Assembly (NCBI GenBank): GCA_903856805.1
Contig: CAIOCZ010000072.1
Location: 1,877-65,876 of the forward strand
Direction: 5' to 3'
Origin: an uncultured cyanobacterium
GTDB taxonomy: Bacteria > Cyanobacteriota > Cyanobacteriia > PCC-6307 > Cyanobiaceae
Length of the DNA: 64,000 nt
Every line of letters begins with the position of its first letter. The stretch's first letter is position 1. This document shows, in pieces, positions 57,144-64,000 of the stretch. The position numbers and the translations under genes are program-made. Below the pieces are notes generated by a model that was not told the origin of the DNA, ran no database searches, and saw only the letters and a program-made list of their open reading frames with translations.

Positions 57144-58464
57144 CGAGGGCCGCCGGCAGGTTGGTGCCGGTGGGGAGGAACGGTTTTTGAAGCGCTGAGG
57201 CGGTGCGCAACTGCTTGGTGAGGGTGGTTTCGGCGCTCTGGTACTGGGTGTCTTTGCGGCTGCCGAGGTCGTCGAGGGTGAGTTGCTGGGCCTCCTTGTC
57301 CGTCATCTTGGCCAGCACGTCGGGCTTGATGCCGCGGTGATGGATGTCGTGATTGAGGGGGGTGAGGTATTTGGCAATCGTGACGGTCATGCCCGAGCCG
57401 TCGGACAGGCCCCGGACCGATTGCACCAGGCCCTTGCCGAAGGTCTTCTGGCCCACCAGCACGGCGCGACCATTCTCTTGTAGGGCTCCCGAGAGGATCT
57501 CGCTGGCACTGGCGGAGCCTTCGTTGACGAGCACCACCAGGGGCTTGGTGGTGATCGCCCGCCCGGTGGCCCGCTTGATGTCCTGGATGCCGTCGCGGGT
57601 TTTGGTGGAAACGATCGTTCCCTCATTCAGCCACTGGCGGGCGATTTCGACGCTGGCCACGAGGAGGCCGCCCGGGTTGCTGCGCAGGTCGAGGACATAG
57701 CCCTGAACGCCCTGGGCCTCGAGATCCTTGATTGCCGCCCGCATGTCCTTGGTGGCATTGGCGTTGAACTGCTTCAGGCGGATGTAGCCCACCTTCACCC
57801 CATCGGGGCTGGTGTTCACCTGATGGTTCACCGCATGGAGCTCAATCAACTCACGGGTGAGCGCCACGTCCTTCAGTTGTCCTTGGCGCCGCAGGGTGAG
57901 GTTCACCGTGGTGCCGGCCTTACCGCGGATCAACTTCACCGCGTCTTCGGTGCTCATGCCCTTGGTGGCCTTGCCGTCGATCGTGACGATCACGTCCTTG
58001 GGCTGGACACCGGCGCGGGAGGCGGGGGAGCCATCGACGGGGCTCACCACCACCAGCTCCTTGCTGTCCTTCTCGATGCTCAGTTGGATTCCCACCCCGG
58101 AGAGTTCCCCGGAGGTGTCAATCTGCATCTCCTTGAACTCCCGCGGATCGAGGAAGCGGGTGTAGGGGTCGTCCAGTGTGCCGAGCATGCCGCGGATCGC
58201 TTCGTAGGCATCCTTGGGGCTGGCGTAAGTTTTGGCCAGCACGTCACGACGCAGCTTGCGCCAGCGCTCGGGGGTGTATTTGCCCGTGGTGTCGAGGTAG
58301 TCGCGGAAGACGATCTGCCAGGCCTGGTCCATCACCTCCTTGGGGCTGTCGGTGATCGAGACACCACCGGATGGAGCCAGCACCAGTTCCCTGGCCACCA
58401 CGGCGGTGGCGGCACAGGCTGCGAGACCAACGAGCACCACGAGCGTGGTGCGGCCTTTGCGCAT
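57133..58464 (-). CDS. ctpA: carboxyl-terminal processing protease (S41 family)
   Basis: A PDZ domain (GVGIQLS...VVSPVDGSPASRAGVQPKDVIVTIDG) is followed by the catalytic region LVNEGSASASEILSGAL...GQKTFGKGLVQS. Confidence 0.92.
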   Translation of the reverse strand: MRKGRTTLVVLVGLAACAATAVVARELVLAPSGGVSITDSPKEVMDQAWQIVFRDYLDTTGKYTPERWRKLRRDVLAKTYASPKDAYEAIRGMLGTLDDPYTRFLDPREFKEMQIDTSGELSGVGIQLSIEKDSKELVVVSPVDGSPASRAGVQPKDVIVTIDGKATKGMSTEDAVKLIRGKAGTTVNLTLRRQGQLKDVALTRELIELHAVNHQVNTSPDGVKVGYIRLKQFNANATKDMRAAIKDLEAQGVQGYVLDLRSNPGGLLVASVEIARQWLNEGTIVSTKTRDGIQDIKRATGRAITTKPLVVLVNEGSASASEILSGALQENGRAVLVGQKTFGKGLVQSVRGLSDGSGMTVTIAKYLTPLNHDIHHRGIKPDVLAKMTDKEAQQLTLDDLGSRKDTQYQSAETTLTKQLRTASALQKPFLPTGTNLPAALGGR

Positions 58465-58533
58465 GCTAAGAAGCCCTCGACGAAATTCACATTGGATTCA
58501 CGGTAGCGCCGCCGTCCCCAGCCGCAGAGTCCC

Positions 58534-59766
58534 TCAGGGGTCAACCCAGCGGCCGTCCTCCTTAATGAGGGCAATCAGGGCCGCCACACCCTCGTCTTCC
58601 GGCACCTTACGGATCTCGTCGCGGCCCCGATACAGGGAAATGATGCCAGGGGTTTTGCCCACATAGCCGTAGTCGGCGTCGGCCATTTCGCCGGGACCAT
58701 TGACGATGCAGCCCATCACGGCGATGTCGAGACCGGTGAGGTGGGCGGTGGCGTTGCGCACCTGATGGAGCACCTCCTCAAGGTTGAACAGGGTGCGGCC
58801 GCAGCTGGGGCAGGCCACGTACTCCACCATGGTTTTGCGGAGCCCCAGGGCCTGCAAAATGGAGTAGCAGACAGGGATCTCCTTCTCCGGCGCCTCGGTG
58901 AGCGACACCCGGATCGTGTCGCCCAGTCCTTCGGAGAGCAGGGTGGCGATGCCGGCGGTGCTCTTGATGCGGCCGTAGTCCCCGTCGCCGGCTTCGGTGA
59001 CGCCTAGGTGGAGCGGGTACGGGAATCCCTCGGCATCCATCCGGTCGGCCATCATCCGGTAGGAGGCCAGCACCACCGGGGCGCGGGAGGCCTTCATCGA
59101 CACCACGATGTTGTGGAAGTCGAGGCGGTCGCAGAGACGGATGAACTCCAGGGCGCTCTGCACCATGCCCAGGGGCGTGTCGCCGTAGGTGAACAGCATC
59201 CGTTCGGCCAGCGACCCATGGTTCACGCCGATCCGCAGGGCCTTGTCCTGGGCCTTGAGCAGGCTCACCAGGGGCTCGAAGGTGGCGGCGATGCGCTCGC
59301 CGATGGCGGCGAATTCTTCGGGGCTGAAGTCGCTGCGGTTCGGATCGGGCTTGTCGAACACAAACAGCCCCGGATTGATGCGCACCTTGTCGACGTGCTG
59401 GGCCACCTCCAGGGCGATCTTCATGCCGTTGTGGTGCACATCGGCCACCAGCGGCACCGGCTGATACCTGTCTTCCAGGCGTTGGCGGATTTCGCCCATG
59501 GCCTTGGCGTGGGCCAGCGAGGGCACCGTGACCCGCACGATCTCGCAGCCGGCCTCATGGAGGCGGCGGATGCCGGCGGTGGCGCCCTCGATATCGAGGG
59601 TGTCCTCATTGATCATCGACTGCACCACCACCGGGTGGTCGCTGCCGATCCAGATGTCGCCGACGCGCACGCTGCGGGTCTTACGGCGGCGGATGGTGGT
59701 GGCGTAGCGGGGATCAGCGGCCCAGGCCGGCACGGCGGTGTCGGGGCGGGACGGGGCGGCGGTCAT
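58534..59766 (-). CDS. ispG: 4-hydroxy-3-methylbut-2-en-1-yl diphosphate synthase
   Basis: [37 protein letters not shown]...RINPGL...ACPSCGRT...[12 protein letters not shown] is the GcpE signature with its Cys ligands. Confidence 0.95.
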   Translation of the reverse strand: MTAAPSRPDTAVPAWAADPRYATTIRRRKTRSVRVGDIWIGSDHPVVVQSMINEDTLDIEGATAGIRRLHEAGCEIVRVTVPSLAHAKAMGEIRQRLEDRYQPVPLVADVHHNGMKIALEVAQHVDKVRINPGLFVFDKPDPNRSDFSPEEFAAIGERIAATFEPLVSLLKAQDKALRIGVNHGSLAERMLFTYGDTPLGMVQSALEFIRLCDRLDFHNIVVSMKASRAPVVLASYRMMADRMDAEGFPYPLHLGVTEAGDGDYGRIKSTAGIATLLSEGLGDTIRVSLTEAPEKEIPVCYSILQALGLRKTMVEYVACPSCGRTLFNLEEVLHQVRNATAHLTGLDIAVMGCIVNGPGEMADADYGYVGKTPGIISLYRGRDEIRKVPEDEGVAALIALIKEDGRWVDP

Positions 59767-59869
59767 CGCGGGGCGGGGCGCTGGGGCAGGGGCGCGTGGC
59801 CAAAGCCTGTCACAGCGGGCGGAAAAGTGGCGAGGGAAGGCGGGTGAACAGGACTCGGGGCGGCTGGGC

Positions 59870-60271
59870 TCAGCCCTTGGCGTAGGGCACCAACACCTCG
59901 GCCAGCATCGGGAAGTGGCGCCGGTTGAGGGTCACCAGGGTGGCGCCGGCGGCTTCGGCCGAGGCGGCGATCAGCGCATCCGCCAGGCCGGTGCCGTGGC
60001 TGGGGCCGTACTGGCGGCGCCAGAGGCCGGCGCGCTGGGCCGGCTGGCGATCGAGGGCCAGCACCTCGAAGGCCGCCAGGAAGGCATCGAGTCGTTGCCG
60101 TTCCTCGCCAGTGCGCACGCCGGCGTAGAGCTCCGCGACCGTGATCACCGATGCCGCCATGGGTTGCTCGGTGCCCTCCAAGAAGGCCACGGCTTGGGGC
60201 TGATCCCGCAAATAATCGATCAGCACATCGGTGTCGACCACCAGCAGTGGCGGTGCCGATCGGCTGGTCAT
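59870..60271 (-). CDS. vapC: type II toxin, PIN-domain (VapC-like)
   Basis: [21 protein letters not shown]...[11 protein letters not shown]...[26 protein letters not shown] shows PIN acidic residues in the expected order. The ATG overlaps the antitoxin stop (ATGA). Confidence 0.85.
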   Translation of the reverse strand: MTSRSAPPLLVVDTDVLIDYLRDQPQAVAFLEGTEQPMAASVITVAELYAGVRTGEERQRLDAFLAAFEVLALDRQPAQRAGLWRRQYGPSHGTGLADALIAASAEAAGATLVTLNRRHFPMLAEVLVPYAKG

Positions 60272-60519
60272 GGTTCCAGAGCCACCATTGAGCGATCTAG
60301 TTCGCCGCGCAGAGCGGACCAATCCGGGAAATCGGTACGCTCAGCCCAGAGCCCGCGAGCCTGGCGCAGGCAAGCCAGGCGCCCTTGGGGCTGCTGCTGC
60401 TGAAGGAAGGCGTCGATCGCCTCGCGGATCAGGGCACTCTGGCTGCGGCCGCTACGCAAGGCCAGGGCCTGCAATCCCTGGCGCTCCGCCTCAGAGAGAT
60501 AAATCTGGGTGCGCAGCAT
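60268..60519 (-). CDS. type II antitoxin, ribbon-helix-helix (CopG/Arc-like)
   Basis: MLRTQIYLSEAERQGLQALALRSGRSQSALIREAIDAFL is a classic RHH beta-alpha-alpha N-terminus. An alternative upstream ATG at 60570 would add a Ser-rich 17-aa extension. Confidence 0.8.
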   Translation of the reverse strand: MLRTQIYLSEAERQGLQALALRSGRSQSALIREAIDAFLQQQQPQGRLACLRQARGLWAERTDFPDWSALRGELDRSMVALEP

Positions 60520-60627
60520 CGCGCTGGTAGATGGCGATGAAGACACGGCAGAAGAAGCTGAAGACGACATGAGGCGAGCTTCGGCTGCTGAGTCAGCCGG
60601 TTGAGCGGGCTAGCTGAGTGGTCTGAC

Positions 60628-60641
60628 TGGTGTATACACCA
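60628..60641. promoter_or_regulatory. 14-bp perfect palindrome, a candidate operator of the RHH-VapC operon
   Basis: TGGTGTATACACCA was read directly. It lies 58-110 nt upstream of the possible antitoxin starts, in the 91-nt gap between the two vapBC-type pairs. Confidence 0.4.
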
Positions 60642-60661
60642 TACAGCGCCCAACCTGATCC

Positions 60662-61054
60662 TCACCCCGTCCAGCGCACGCCTTCGCCGTAGCCGAGCAG
60701 GGTGCGATCGGCCGTGAGCAGGCTCAGCCGCTCCTCGGCGGCCTGGGCCACCAGCAGGCGATCAAAAGGGTCGCGGTGAATTCTGGGAAGGTGCTGCACA
60801 GCCAGCACATGACTGACCTGGATCGGCAGTTCCAGGAATCCCTGCTCCAGCAACCCGAGGCGCAGGGCCGGTGGGTTCACCTGGAAATCTTCTCGACCCA
60901 GGGAGGCTTTGATCGCCATCTCCCAGATGCTCACAACGCTGAACCAGATCACGCATCTCCGATCCACCAGTTCGGCCGCCAGGGAACTGCCAAGCCGCTG
61001 CGGCGCGTAGCCGACCCAGACCAGAAGCTGGGTGTCCAACACCAGGCCGTTCAT
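60662..61054 (-). CDS. vapC: type II toxin, PIN-domain (VapC-like), second copy and unrelated in sequence to the first
   Basis: MNGLVLDTQLLVWV...SVVSIWEMAIK...HRDPFDRLLVAQAAEERLSLLTADRTL is a PIN pattern (D...E...D...D). There is a 4-nt overlap with the upstream antitoxin. Confidence 0.8.
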   Translation of the reverse strand: MNGLVLDTQLLVWVGYAPQRLGSSLAAELVDRRCVIWFSVVSIWEMAIKASLGREDFQVNPPALRLGLLEQGFLELPIQVSHVLAVQHLPRIHRDPFDRLLVAQAAEERLSLLTADRTLLGYGEGVRWTG

Positions 61055-61308
61055 CCCGGCTCGATGGCTGGTTCAGGACCCAGGTCGAACATGGCGTTGA
61101 TCTCGTCTTCAAAATCGCGCTTGAGATCGGCATCAATCCGAGCTGTCCCCGCTAGAAACCCCAGACGGCGGGGAGGCTGCTCCTCCTTCACAGGGATCAG
61201 CCGCACCAGGGGCTTGCCGGCGCGGGCGATCACCACCTCCTCGCCGGCCAGGGCCCGGTCCACATAGCGGGAGAGATGGGTCTTGGCGTCGTGGAGGTTG
61301 ACCTGCAT
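61051..61308 (-). CDS. type II antitoxin, Phd/YefM family
   Basis: MQVNLHDAKTHLSRYVDRALAGEEVVIARAGKPLVRLIPV is a typical Phd/YefM N-terminal fold sequence. The protein is 85 aa. Confidence 0.85.
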   Translation of the reverse strand: MQVNLHDAKTHLSRYVDRALAGEEVVIARAGKPLVRLIPVKEEQPPRRLGFLAGTARIDADLKRDFEDEINAMFDLGPEPAIEPG

Positions 61309-61325
61309 GGAGGGACGCCAGCAAT

Positions 61326-61354
61326 GGACTTAGTCCAGGTTAGTGGCTAAGTCC
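61326..61354. promoter_or_regulatory. inverted repeat, a candidate operator in the divergent Phd-VapC / MNT-HEPN promoter region
   Basis: GGACTTAG-N13-CTAAGTCC has perfect 8-bp arms. The left arm is part of an 11-bp palindrome, GGACTTAGTCC. It lies 18-46 nt upstream of the phd-type ATG (61308). Confidence 0.4.
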
Positions 61355-61444
61355 GGTAGTCTGCCGCCATCACTGTGATCGTGCGTCTGCTGGTTGCGGC
61401 GGTTGCTGCCGGCTGCAGCCGTTGTCGGCACCTAACTTGATTGC

Positions 61445-61798
61445 ATGGGAAGCGATGGACTGAGCCCCCTCGAACGGTTGCGCCGCCGGCGCCACGAACG
61501 CTGGCTGGAGGCGCTGCAGCAGCAGCTGGCCGAGACCCTGGCCGAGGTGCCATGCCGCGTCTGGTTGTTCGGCTCCCGGGCCCGGGGAGATTGGGATGGC
61601 TACTCGGACACCGATCTGCTGGTGGTAGCCGAGTCCGCCGAACTGGCGGAGCGGGCCGCCGATCAGTTGCGCAGCGCCCTGGTGGGCGATGACGTGCTGG
61701 CCCTGGATCGGTGCCGCTGGCAGGCCATGGCCGCTTCGCCCTCCCCCCACTGGCGCGCCGTGCATGCGCAGGCCCGTTGTGTGCACCCGCGGCCATGA
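61445..61798 (+). CDS. minimal nucleotidyltransferase (MNT, NTP_transf_2), antitoxin-type partner of HEPN
   Basis: VWLFGSRARGDWDGYSDTDLLVV is the G-S-x(n)-D-x-D polymerase-beta-type NTase motif. The protein is 117 aa. Confidence 0.85.
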   Translation: MGSDGLSPLERLRRRRHERWLEALQQQLAETLAEVPCRVWLFGSRARGDWDGYSDTDLLVVAESAELAERAADQLRSALVGDDVLALDRCRWQAMAASPSPHWRAVHAQARCVHPRP

Positions 61799-62196
61799 GT
61801 CAGGCCCGCACGGGTGCCTGGTGGCGCCAGGCCCGCAACGACCTTGAGCTCGCGGAGCTGGCCCGCCGCTACGGCTTCCATGCCCAGGCCTGCTTCTTTG
61901 CCACGCAGGCGGCCGAGAAACCGCTGAAGGGCGCCATCCTGGAACTCGGCGGCGAACCGCCCCACACCCAGGTGCTGGGCCAGTTGGTCAAGCTGCTCGC
62001 GGCCGAGGGGCTTGATGTGACGCCCCTGGCTCCCCTGCCGCTGCCGGCCCTGAGCCGGATGACCGTGACCAGCCGCTACCCCCTCGACGACACCCCACCG
62101 AGCGAGCTGTTCGATGCCCGCGATTCCGATCAGGCCCTCAGCACGGCGAAGGCGGTGCTGGCCTGGGTGGAGCAGCTGGATCAGCCGCACGGCTGA
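61795..62196 (+). CDS. HEPN-domain protein (cassette 1)
   Basis: The ATG overlaps the MNT stop (ATGA). The sequence is WWRQARNDLELAELARRYGFHAQACFFATQAAEKPLKGAIL...PHTQVLGQLVKLL...TSRYP, a four-helix HEPN (PF05168-like) pattern. The protein is 133 aa. Confidence 0.8.
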   Translation: MSQARTGAWWRQARNDLELAELARRYGFHAQACFFATQAAEKPLKGAILELGGEPPHTQVLGQLVKLLAAEGLDVTPLAPLPLPALSRMTVTSRYPLDDTPPSELFDARDSDQALSTAKAVLAWVEQLDQPHG

Positions 62197-62391
62197 AACC
62201 CCGAGTCAGGGTCGATCACCAACCTGATTCTTGATGCCCACCAGTTGGCGATCCGGGAGCATCTCAGCTGGTTCGATGCCCTGATCGCCGAAGCCGCCAT
62301 CCGCAGCCGCTGCGCCGTTCTGTTCTCCGAACACTTCGGCCACGGGCGCAGGATCGCCGGTCTGGACGGGGTCAATCCCCTGAGGGGTTGA
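62197..62391 (+). pseudogene. C-terminal remnant of a PIN-domain (VapC-like) toxin gene
   Basis: This frame continues directly after the HEPN stop and reads NPESGSITNLILDAHQLAIREHLSWFDALIAEAAIRSRCAVLFSEHFGHGRRIAGLDGVNPLRG*. It matches only the last ~55 aa of the ~135-aa PIN toxins (..LSFYDALI.A.A....C..L.SED...G....GL.V.NP). There is no ATG, no N-terminal half and no cognate antitoxin. Confidence 0.6.
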
Positions 62392-62553
62392 GACAAAGCT
62401 AAATGGGCGGACGAGCTCGACCAACGGGCGCCTTGACCAAAGGCCTGATCCAGAGAGCGGCTTCGAACCGGATCGGAGGCCTGCCTGGGCTCCCGCGAGG
62501 CGACCGATTGATAATGGTGGGATTGCTGATGCTGGGCGCCGGGTGCGCCGCCC

Positions 62554-62970
62554 ATGAACAACCCCGCTGCCATGGCATGCAATGGCGTCATCCCGGCCGC
62601 AGCAGTGCGGCCTGATAACAGCCGCGGCATCCAGGTCGACAACCTCCCGGAAGCTCTGCGGGAGCAGTTACTGCCTGCCCTGGAGACCCTGGTGCAGCAG
62701 GTGGAGCCGGAAGGCCTCTGGCTGTTCGGCAGCTGGGCACGGGGTACGGCCAGCCGGCGGTCGGATGTGGATCTTCTGGTGATGGGCCTTGAGCACTGCC
62801 GCGTGCTCGATGCCTATGACGCGGTGCTGGAGGCGTTGCAGAACTGCCGGCTGCCGTTGCAGCCGCTGGTGGCCACGCCCCAGCTGCTGGCCCGACATGG
62901 CGACACCCCCTTCTGGCGCACGGTGCGCCTGGAGGCGATTCCCCTGCTGGCGGGCAGCCACTTCCCATGA
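62554..62970 (+). CDS. minimal nucleotidyltransferase (MNT), second copy
   Basis: LWLFGSWARGTASRRSDVDLLVMG is the NTase motif. The protein is 138 aa. A later in-frame start is possible, for example ATG 62572. Confidence 0.8.
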   Translation: MNNPAAMACNGVIPAAAVRPDNSRGIQVDNLPEALREQLLPALETLVQQVEPEGLWLFGSWARGTASRRSDVDLLVMGLEHCRVLDAYDAVLEALQNCRLPLQPLVATPQLLARHGDTPFWRTVRLEAIPLLAGSHFP

Positions 62971-63365
62971 GCCTGGAGAGCGCTCGCCAGAGGGCCAGGC
63001 TCTGGCTGCTTCAGGCCAAGGACGATCTGCGTGCGGCCCGCTTGCTCGAGGCTGGTGGCCAGCCGGCGCAGGCCTGTTTCCTGGCCCAGCAGGTGGGCGA
63101 GAAGGCTCTCAAGGCTCTGCTGGCTGCGGAGGATCGAGACCTGCGCAGCCATTCGCTCACAGGGCTGCTCCGCGAGCTGGGCGACCAGCCGGCCCAGGAC
63201 TGGCAACGGCAGGCCCGCTTGCTCGACAAGCTCTACGCCCCCACGCGCTATCCGGATGCCCTCGGCGATGAGCTGCCGGCCGATGTGTTCGGTCCCGAGG
63301 ACGCCGCCGCGGCATTGGAAGCAGCGACCGCCTTGCTCGACTGGGCGGGCGAACAACTGACCTGA
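62967..63365 (+). CDS. HEPN-domain protein (cassette 2)
   Basis: ATGA overlap with MNT2. The sequence is RLWLLQAKDDLRAARLLEAGGQPAQACFLAQQVGEKALKALLAAEDRDLRSHSLTGLLREL...PTRYP. An R-x4-H motif is present (RDLRSH). Confidence 0.8.
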   Translation: MSLESARQRARLWLLQAKDDLRAARLLEAGGQPAQACFLAQQVGEKALKALLAAEDRDLRSHSLTGLLRELGDQPAQDWQRQARLLDKLYAPTRYPDALGDELPADVFGPEDAAAALEAATALLDWAGEQLT

Positions 63366-63464
63366 GACTGTCCCGCGGAGTGTGGGCAGGCACCCCCTGG
63401 AAACACCCAGCCCCCGCGACGACGCACCGACCGCCGTGGGCAAACCGTGACAGACCCAGCGGGC

Positions 63465-63527
63465 CATCTACCGATTAATCGGTCAATCGGGGCGGTTCGG
63501 GGGCGTCATCTACTCATTAATGGGTAG
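63465..63527. promoter_or_regulatory. two related ATTAAT-centred palindromic boxes 42 bp apart, upstream of the terminal ORF
   Basis: CATCTACCGATTAATCGG (63465-82) contains the perfect 14-bp palindrome ACCGATTAATCGGT (63470-83). CATCTACTCATTAATGGG (63507-24) lies within the 18-bp near-palindrome CTACTCATTAATGGGTAG (63510-27). The two boxes are identical at 15 of 18 positions. Confidence 0.4.
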
Positions 63528-63550
63528 ACCAATGATGGGACAGGAACAGC

Positions 63551-64000
63551 ATGACAAGCAAAAAGGGGGGCTGTAGATTTGGAGGAGTTTCAACAGCATT
63601 AATGGCACTCTTGCAAGTCGCGCTCACCAAGTCGATGGTTTCTGAAGTGCATCTCTCAGTCGGGGGTGCTCAGCAGTCTTCACGCCGAAATCTCAGGCGA
63701 TTGATCGGCCGCGCCGCCTTCGGTGCTGCTCTGCTGGCGAGCTGCCTCCAAGCCGGAGCGGCTTCAGCGCTCAGCTTCGACTTTAGTTTTACGGGGATTG
63801 ATAATTTTAATAGCCCAACAAAGGTGGTGGGAACCGTTGCTGGGCTGGTTGACAACCTCAACGGGCAGACGACAGGATTGACTGTGACCATTGAATTGTC
63901 AACTTATCGAATATTTATTCTTCCAATTGACTTCACGGATGCAGATTATATCTCGGGAACTGGTTTTGACGTTGCCGACGGGTTGGTGACTGGCGTAAAT
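63551..64000 (+). CDS. secreted hypothetical protein with a twin-arginine-like signal peptide. Only the 5' part is present and the gene runs off the right edge.
   Basis: Absent from the ORF track because there is no stop in the window. The frame is open from the ATG at 63551, with an in-frame TGA at 63533. It reads MTSKKGG...MVSEVHLSVGGAQQSSRRNLRRLIGRAAFGAALLASCLQAGAASALSFDFSFTGIDNFNSPTKVVGTVAGLVDNLNGQTTGLTVTIELS... An alternative start is ATG 63635. G+C drops sharply after the signal peptide. Confidence 0.6.
   Translation, partial: MTSKKGGCRFGGVSTALMALLQVALTKSMVSEVHLSVGGAQQSSRRNLRRLIGRAAFGAALLASCLQAGAASALSFDFSFTGIDNFNSPTKVVGTVAGLVDNLNGQTTGLTVTIELSTYRIFILPIDFTDADYISGTGFDVADGLVTGVN

Noticed and set aside
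62181-62642. 153-aa minus-strand ORF (and 62206..62424, 72 aa) in the gap after HEPN-1
   Set aside because: No family resemblance was found. The plus strand of the same region gives a convincing PIN C-terminal remnant, so these are most likely its shadow frames.
62814-63467. 217-aa minus-strand ORF across the second MNT-HEPN cassette
   Set aside because: The plus strand encodes two proteins with clear NTase and HEPN motifs and an ATGA overlap. The minus-strand translation has no motif.

Overview
This 64-kb window looks like a chromosomal segment of a high-G+C picocyanobacterium of the Synechococcus/Cyanobium type. That is inferred from psbA, psaK, ndhD, a dnaK3-dnaJ3-like pair, the phylloquinone genes menB/menD, recurrent HIP1 octamers and the overall gene content. 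I can support about 66 protein-coding genes, one tRNA-Ser(GGA), four rho-independent terminators and a few short repeats or palindromes. I see no rRNA, no CRISPR array and no recognisable transposase or integrase. Most of the window (1-59.8 kb) is tightly packed core metabolism: pyk, ilvA, dxs, htpG, hisZ, pstCAB, murQ, murF, glgA, mntCAB, trpS, thrS, glk, thrB, prlC, ctpA and ispG. Many stop/start overlaps (ATGA or TGATG) are present. Because of the high G+C, most long ORFs in the six-frame track are antisense or shadow ORFs of real genes, and I rejected them. The clearly accessory part is the right end. At 59.87-63.37 kb there is a toxin-antitoxin islet holding RHH-VapC, Phd-VapC, two divergent MNT-HEPN cassettes and a decayed PIN remnant, with palindromic candidate operators. 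It is followed by paired ATTAAT-centred palindromes and a markedly low-G+C gene for a secreted protein that runs off the window. Other points worth a second look:
- an orphan OmpR-type winged-helix + TPR regulator behind an AT-rich leader
- a GluR0-like fusion of a solute-binding protein and a channel
- a DnaK paralogue with a long RY-repeat tail
- an uncharacterised gene translationally coupled to mntCAB
- an unannotated 58-codon membrane ORF next to a 15-bp tandem repeat
- low-G+C pstCAB without pstS

All family and domain names come from reading the translations and from memory. No database search was possible.
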